A stretch of 64,000 bases of DNA from the IMG/VR virus record IMGVR_UViG_3300045988_171772, positions 160,001 through 224,000 of that record; one strand, given 5' to 3'. Under the pieces are notes generated by a model, which saw only the letters and a program-made list of their open reading frames with translations, was not told the DNA's origin and did no database searches. The position numbers were made by a program, and so were the translations under genes. Origin of the DNA: a virus. Below, piece by piece: positions 60,937 to 64,000 of the stretch (its first letter is position 1; each line of letters opens with the position of its first letter).

Positions 60937-60946
60937 TAGTGAGATT

Positions 60947-63493
60947 TTACGGTTCGGTGACTCCGACATAGATGATGTTATCTCCACCCAGAGACAGAAG
61001 CTTTCTTCCCTTGGCTTTACGAGACATAGTAGGAATTTCATCAAAGCTGAGATCCTGAGATCCATTCTTGGTGGCTACCGTAATCACAGACTTGGGATTG
61101 ATCGGAATGACGGTATAGAGAGAAGTCTTATCATCCATCGTGGTAATGTAGGAGGAGACTCTCTTCTTGGTCAGATCTCCGAATTCTTCTACGGCAATCT
61201 TCTTGACATAGCCGTTGTCCATGATACAAGCGACATATTCACATGCCTGAGGAAGAATGCAGAATCCCACACAGGAGTCATCTTCTTCCAGATTGAAGCA
61301 GCGATTTCCTTGAGAATCTCGAGAGATGACAGGGATATCCTGATTCTTAACGATTGTAAAATGACCCTTCTTGGTATAGACCAGAAGATCAGGAGGTGCC
61401 AGACGTACTTTCGGTTTCTTCTTGGTAGATTCCTCCTCAGGATAGCACATCAATCTGGAGGCAGCTACCAGAGAATCATTCTCCTTCAGAAGCTTGACAC
61501 ATCGCACAGATTTTGGCTGCTTGATATTCCGATACTCTTCCAGAGAGGTTCTCTTAAGATAGCCAGACTTTGTCAGAGTGACAATGTAACTCACCAGACC
61601 AAAGTCGGAGTAAATGAGCTTGGAATCTGCCTCTGTCTCCTCATGGTCAACCGTGATGATTTCACCCTGAAGTTTGGTTACATCATAGACACGATTCCCT
61701 GTATTGGAAGGAATGGTATTGTCAAACTCATGGACAGGGACAATGCTGAATCGACCTGTGGAATCAAAGAGGATGATATTCTCAAGATTCTTACACCTGG
61801 TCGCAAGAATGGGATAATCTCCATGTGCCATAGCTCCATATCCTTTGACTCTGGAGTTCATGACAGTGGGAAGTTTCTTATAGAATCCCTTCTTGGTAAA
61901 GACCATGATGTGCTCGGTATCCGAGATAGCCTCTTCTTTTCCTTCCCGGATGATGGTGCAGTATCTCTTAGGAGGAGCATACTTCTTCAGATCATCCAGA
62001 TCCGAGATGATCAATTCATCGATTTTCTTCTCTGAATAGATCATTCCCATGATCTTCTTGAGCTCTTTGGCAAGTTCATCTCTCTCCTCAATATACTTCT
62101 GATGCATATCACCAGTGAATGCTCTCAGAGGCATATCGACCACTTTATGGGCAATGAAGGAATTCATCCCATAAAGTTTCATCAATTGATCCTCAGCAGA
62201 TTCCTGGGAAGATCCCTTGATGATCTTGATGACCTTCTCGAGATTGGTCTTCTCGGTGAGTTTGATCAAGGTCTCTAGAATGGTGATTCTTGCATTGATC
62301 TTGGAGACCTTCTTATTGAGAAGACGACGGATGTATTCTCTCCGGTTATCAATCCATGCCAGAAGAAGAGTCCGGATGTTATAGTGGTTGACATTGACAC
62401 CATCGGTGACTGCCCAGAATTGGACCGAGATCGTCTTCTGGAGATCGGTAAGCTTATAGAGTTTCGCTTTCTCCTTCAGAGGATCATATGCCTTATGGAG
62501 ATAGAGGCAGTAGTCAATGTCATGCTTCTGGAATTCATCCTTGGATTTCTTAGCAAGAGCTCTGGTCCGATCTGACTTATCATGGAAAGACAGATTCCCA
62601 GCTTTGCATTGCTGGACGATCTGCTCACCGATATTCTGCATATCCGCCAACCAGGGAATACTCCGAATGTGGAAGACATACTTATTGGTATCTTCCTCAA
62701 TCTCAATATGGGCTCTCATGGTTAGAGATCCAGATCCAGTCTCAGCAATCGATTTCAATCCCTCGTTGAAGACAATTTCACATCCGTCAACGGGCGGGTC
62801 TGGGAGAATGTCGATTTCTGGATCCTCTGGGTCAAGGATGAGCTTTTTCGTAACCTCAAGGACATCATTGATGTTGTAAGGCGGTATGGATGAGTTGAAT
62901 CCATATCCAAGCCCAGACACTCCTTCGATGAGAATGTTGGGGAATTTGGATGGTAGATAGACTGGCTCATCGGCAGATCTGGTTGCGTTTGGTTGCATCT
63001 CAATGCAATCAGGATCAAATTCGGAGAAAAAGCACTCGTATCCATAGTCAGAAATCGAAGCCTCCGTGTAACGATCAGCGCCCACCGTATTCGGATCACA
63101 GATGGAACCGAAGTTGCCATAGCCTCTCATGATAGGAGCACCCTTCTTGAAAGGCTGAGCCATATTGACCATGGACATGTAGATGGATGCATTGCCATGC
63201 GGATGATAATTCAAAGTCTGGCCAATGAGAGAGGCAGACTTGACTTTGTTATTCTTATAGGCCTTCATGAGATAAGCGACCCACAAGATTCTTCTCTGCA
63301 CAGGAATGAGGGAATCCTCGAGTGCAGGCAACTGTCTTGCACAGTTTACATTGAAGGCAAAGAGACCCATGGTGCCGGTGTTGTAATCACCTACATCCAC
63401 ATCATCGATATTGCCTTCCTGCTGAAAATCGGAATCTGTGATTTTATCCCAGAGACCGGTTGCTGGTTTTTCTTTCTTTTCTTTCTTTGCCAT
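60947..63493 (-). CDS. type IIA DNA topoisomerase, subunit A (GyrA/ParC-like, full length with C-terminal domain)
   Basis: IPVQRRILW (cf. KPVHRRVLY), YHPHGNASIY (cf. YHPHGDSAVY), GNFGS, and GADRYTEA carrying the catalytic Tyr. The protein is 848 aa. Confidence 0.9.
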   Translation of the reverse strand: MAKKEKKEKPATGLWDKITDSDFQQEGNIDDVDVGDYNTGTMGLFAFNVNCARQLPALEDSLIPVQRRILWVAYLMKAYKNNKVKSASLIGQTLNYHPHGNASIYMSMVNMAQPFKKGAPIMRGYGNFGSICDPNTVGADRYTEASISDYGYECFFSEFDPDCIEMQPNATRSADEPVYLPSKFPNILIEGVSGLGYGFNSSIPPYNINDVLEVTKKLILDPEDPEIDILPDPPVDGCEIVFNEGLKSIAETGSGSLTMRAHIEIEEDTNKYVFHIRSIPWLADMQNIGEQIVQQCKAGNLSFHDKSDRTRALAKKSKDEFQKHDIDYCLYLHKAYDPLKEKAKLYKLTDLQKTISVQFWAVTDGVNVNHYNIRTLLLAWIDNRREYIRRLLNKKVSKINARITILETLIKLTEKTNLEKVIKIIKGSSQESAEDQLMKLYGMNSFIAHKVVDMPLRAFTGDMHQKYIEERDELAKELKKIMGMIYSEKKIDELIISDLDDLKKYAPPKRYCTIIREGKEEAISDTEHIMVFTKKGFYKKLPTVMNSRVKGYGAMAHGDYPILATRCKNLENIILFDSTGRFSIVPVHEFDNTIPSNTGNRVYDVTKLQGEIITVDHEETEADSKLIYSDFGLVSYIVTLTKSGYLKRTSLEEYRNIKQPKSVRCVKLLKENDSLVAASRLMCYPEEESTKKKPKVRLAPPDLLVYTKKGHFTIVKNQDIPVISRDSQGNRCFNLEEDDSCVGFCILPQACEYVACIMDNGYVKKIAVEEFGDLTKKRVSSYITTMDDKTSLYTVIPINPKSVITVATKNGSQDLSFDEIPTMSRKAKGRKLLSLGGDNIIYVGVTEP

Positions 63494-63514
63494 AGCAGGA
63501 ATACTCTCCTTGTA

Positions 63515-64000
63515 TCAGTTGTCAATATCTTCAATGGTGTATCTGCCTTGATAGACAAGATTCTTCCGGAAGTCTGCATTCTCTTTTCCATGGAGATTGG
63601 AGATCTGCTCAATGGCACGATCTGCAGAATGCATGGTGATCTTATACAGCTTCCGAATCGCAGGATTCAGAGTGGAGACAAACAGAAGTTCGCCATCCAT
63701 CTCGCCCAACCCTTTAAAGCGCTGGTCAATGTCCGGACTATACTTGGAAGAGACAATCGAGAGGAATTGACCGACGGTCACCTTCATAGGATCCGATTCT
63801 TTATTGGATCGATTCTTGAATGACACAATCAACGAGGGATTCTCTCTCATAATCTCAAGAAGTCTCTCGGCATTCTTCAAGAAGATATTGTCCACAATGA
63901 GGGTGATGTCTTCTTTGTTATAGGCACCACGAAGACTGTGCTCAGCAATATCAAACTTGCATTCGGGGAATACCTTCTCGATGAGCTTCTTGAATTTCTT
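63515..64000 (-). CDS. type IIA DNA topoisomerase, subunit B (GyrB/ParE-like), C-terminal part; gene continues beyond the right edge
   Basis: RFKGLGEMD (cf. RYKGLGEMN). The frame stays open upstream of the GTG at 63895 to position 64000 (…KKFKKLIEKVFPECKFDIAEHSLRGAYNKEDITLIV…). The stop lies 21 nt before the subunit A start. Confidence 0.8.
   Translation of the reverse strand, partial: KKFKKLIEKVFPECKFDIAEHSLRGAYNKEDITLIVDNIFLKNAERLLEIMRENPSLIVSFKNRSNKESDPMKVTVGQFLSIVSSKYSPDIDQRFKGLGEMDGELLFVSTLNPAIRKLYKITMHSADRAIEQISNLHGKENADFRKNLVYQGRYTIEDIDN

Noticed and set aside
1-64000. Stop-codon reassignment or an alternative genetic code, as seen in some large gut phages.
   Set aside because: Genes up to 1613 codons are uninterrupted in the standard code, and all three stop codons are used at gene ends next to terminators. 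The two tRNAs have sense anticodons (UGA for Ser, UAA for Leu), not suppressor anticodons.
1-64000. CRISPR arrays, integrase or transposase genes, DGR template/variable repeats, retron-type reverse transcriptase.
   Set aside because: No regularly spaced direct repeats were seen. No ORF shows integrase, transposase or RT motifs. The only repeats found are hairpin arms, the short promoter-like motif, and protein-level SH3-like modules.

Overview
This window looks like part of a large, jumbo-class tailed dsDNA phage genome. Coding density is above 90% under the standard genetic code. Genes sit in strand-switching blocks separated by strong hairpin terminators. Almost every start codon is preceded by an AGGAG-type Shine-Dalgarno site, which suggests a Firmicutes-like host.

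All functional calls come from motifs read by eye and compared with family sequences recalled from memory. No search was run.

**Recognisable genes**
- T4 gp21-like prohead protease (2566-3414)
- ThyX (7125-8135)
- a 1613-aa M23 + GH25 + poly-SH3-like cell-wall hydrolase (14466-19307)
- the N-terminal half only of a family-B DNA polymerase (24250-26238)
- a gp20-like portal (27048-29498)
- a gp25-like baseplate wedge protein (41077-41484)
- the C-terminal half of a multisubunit RNA polymerase beta subunit as a stand-alone gene (47242-49764)
- a UvsX/RecA-like recombinase (51636-52829)
- a tubulin/FtsZ-family GTPase of PhuZ/TubZ type (56356-57516)
- type IIA topoisomerase A and B subunits (60947-63493 and 63515 to beyond 64000)
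- two tRNA genes, Ser-UGA and a Leu-UAA-like gene

About 40 further CDSs have no assignable function. No CRISPR array, transposase, integrase or homing endonuclease was seen.

**Features most worth a second look**
- an ORF-free, G+C-enriched, heavily nested helical region at about 1560-2390 that looks like a large structured RNA
- the tubulin operon together with split-RNAP hallmarks in an SD-using phage
- a 254-aa protein carrying a second RNAP-beta C-terminal-like module
- a tRNA-Leu-like gene whose anticodon arm cannot form a 7-nt loop
- a recurrent intergenic motif RTATATTATT that always points at the downstream gene
- several promoter, leader and terminator arrangements containing mini-ORFs
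- a set of locally G+C-elevated monocistronic genes
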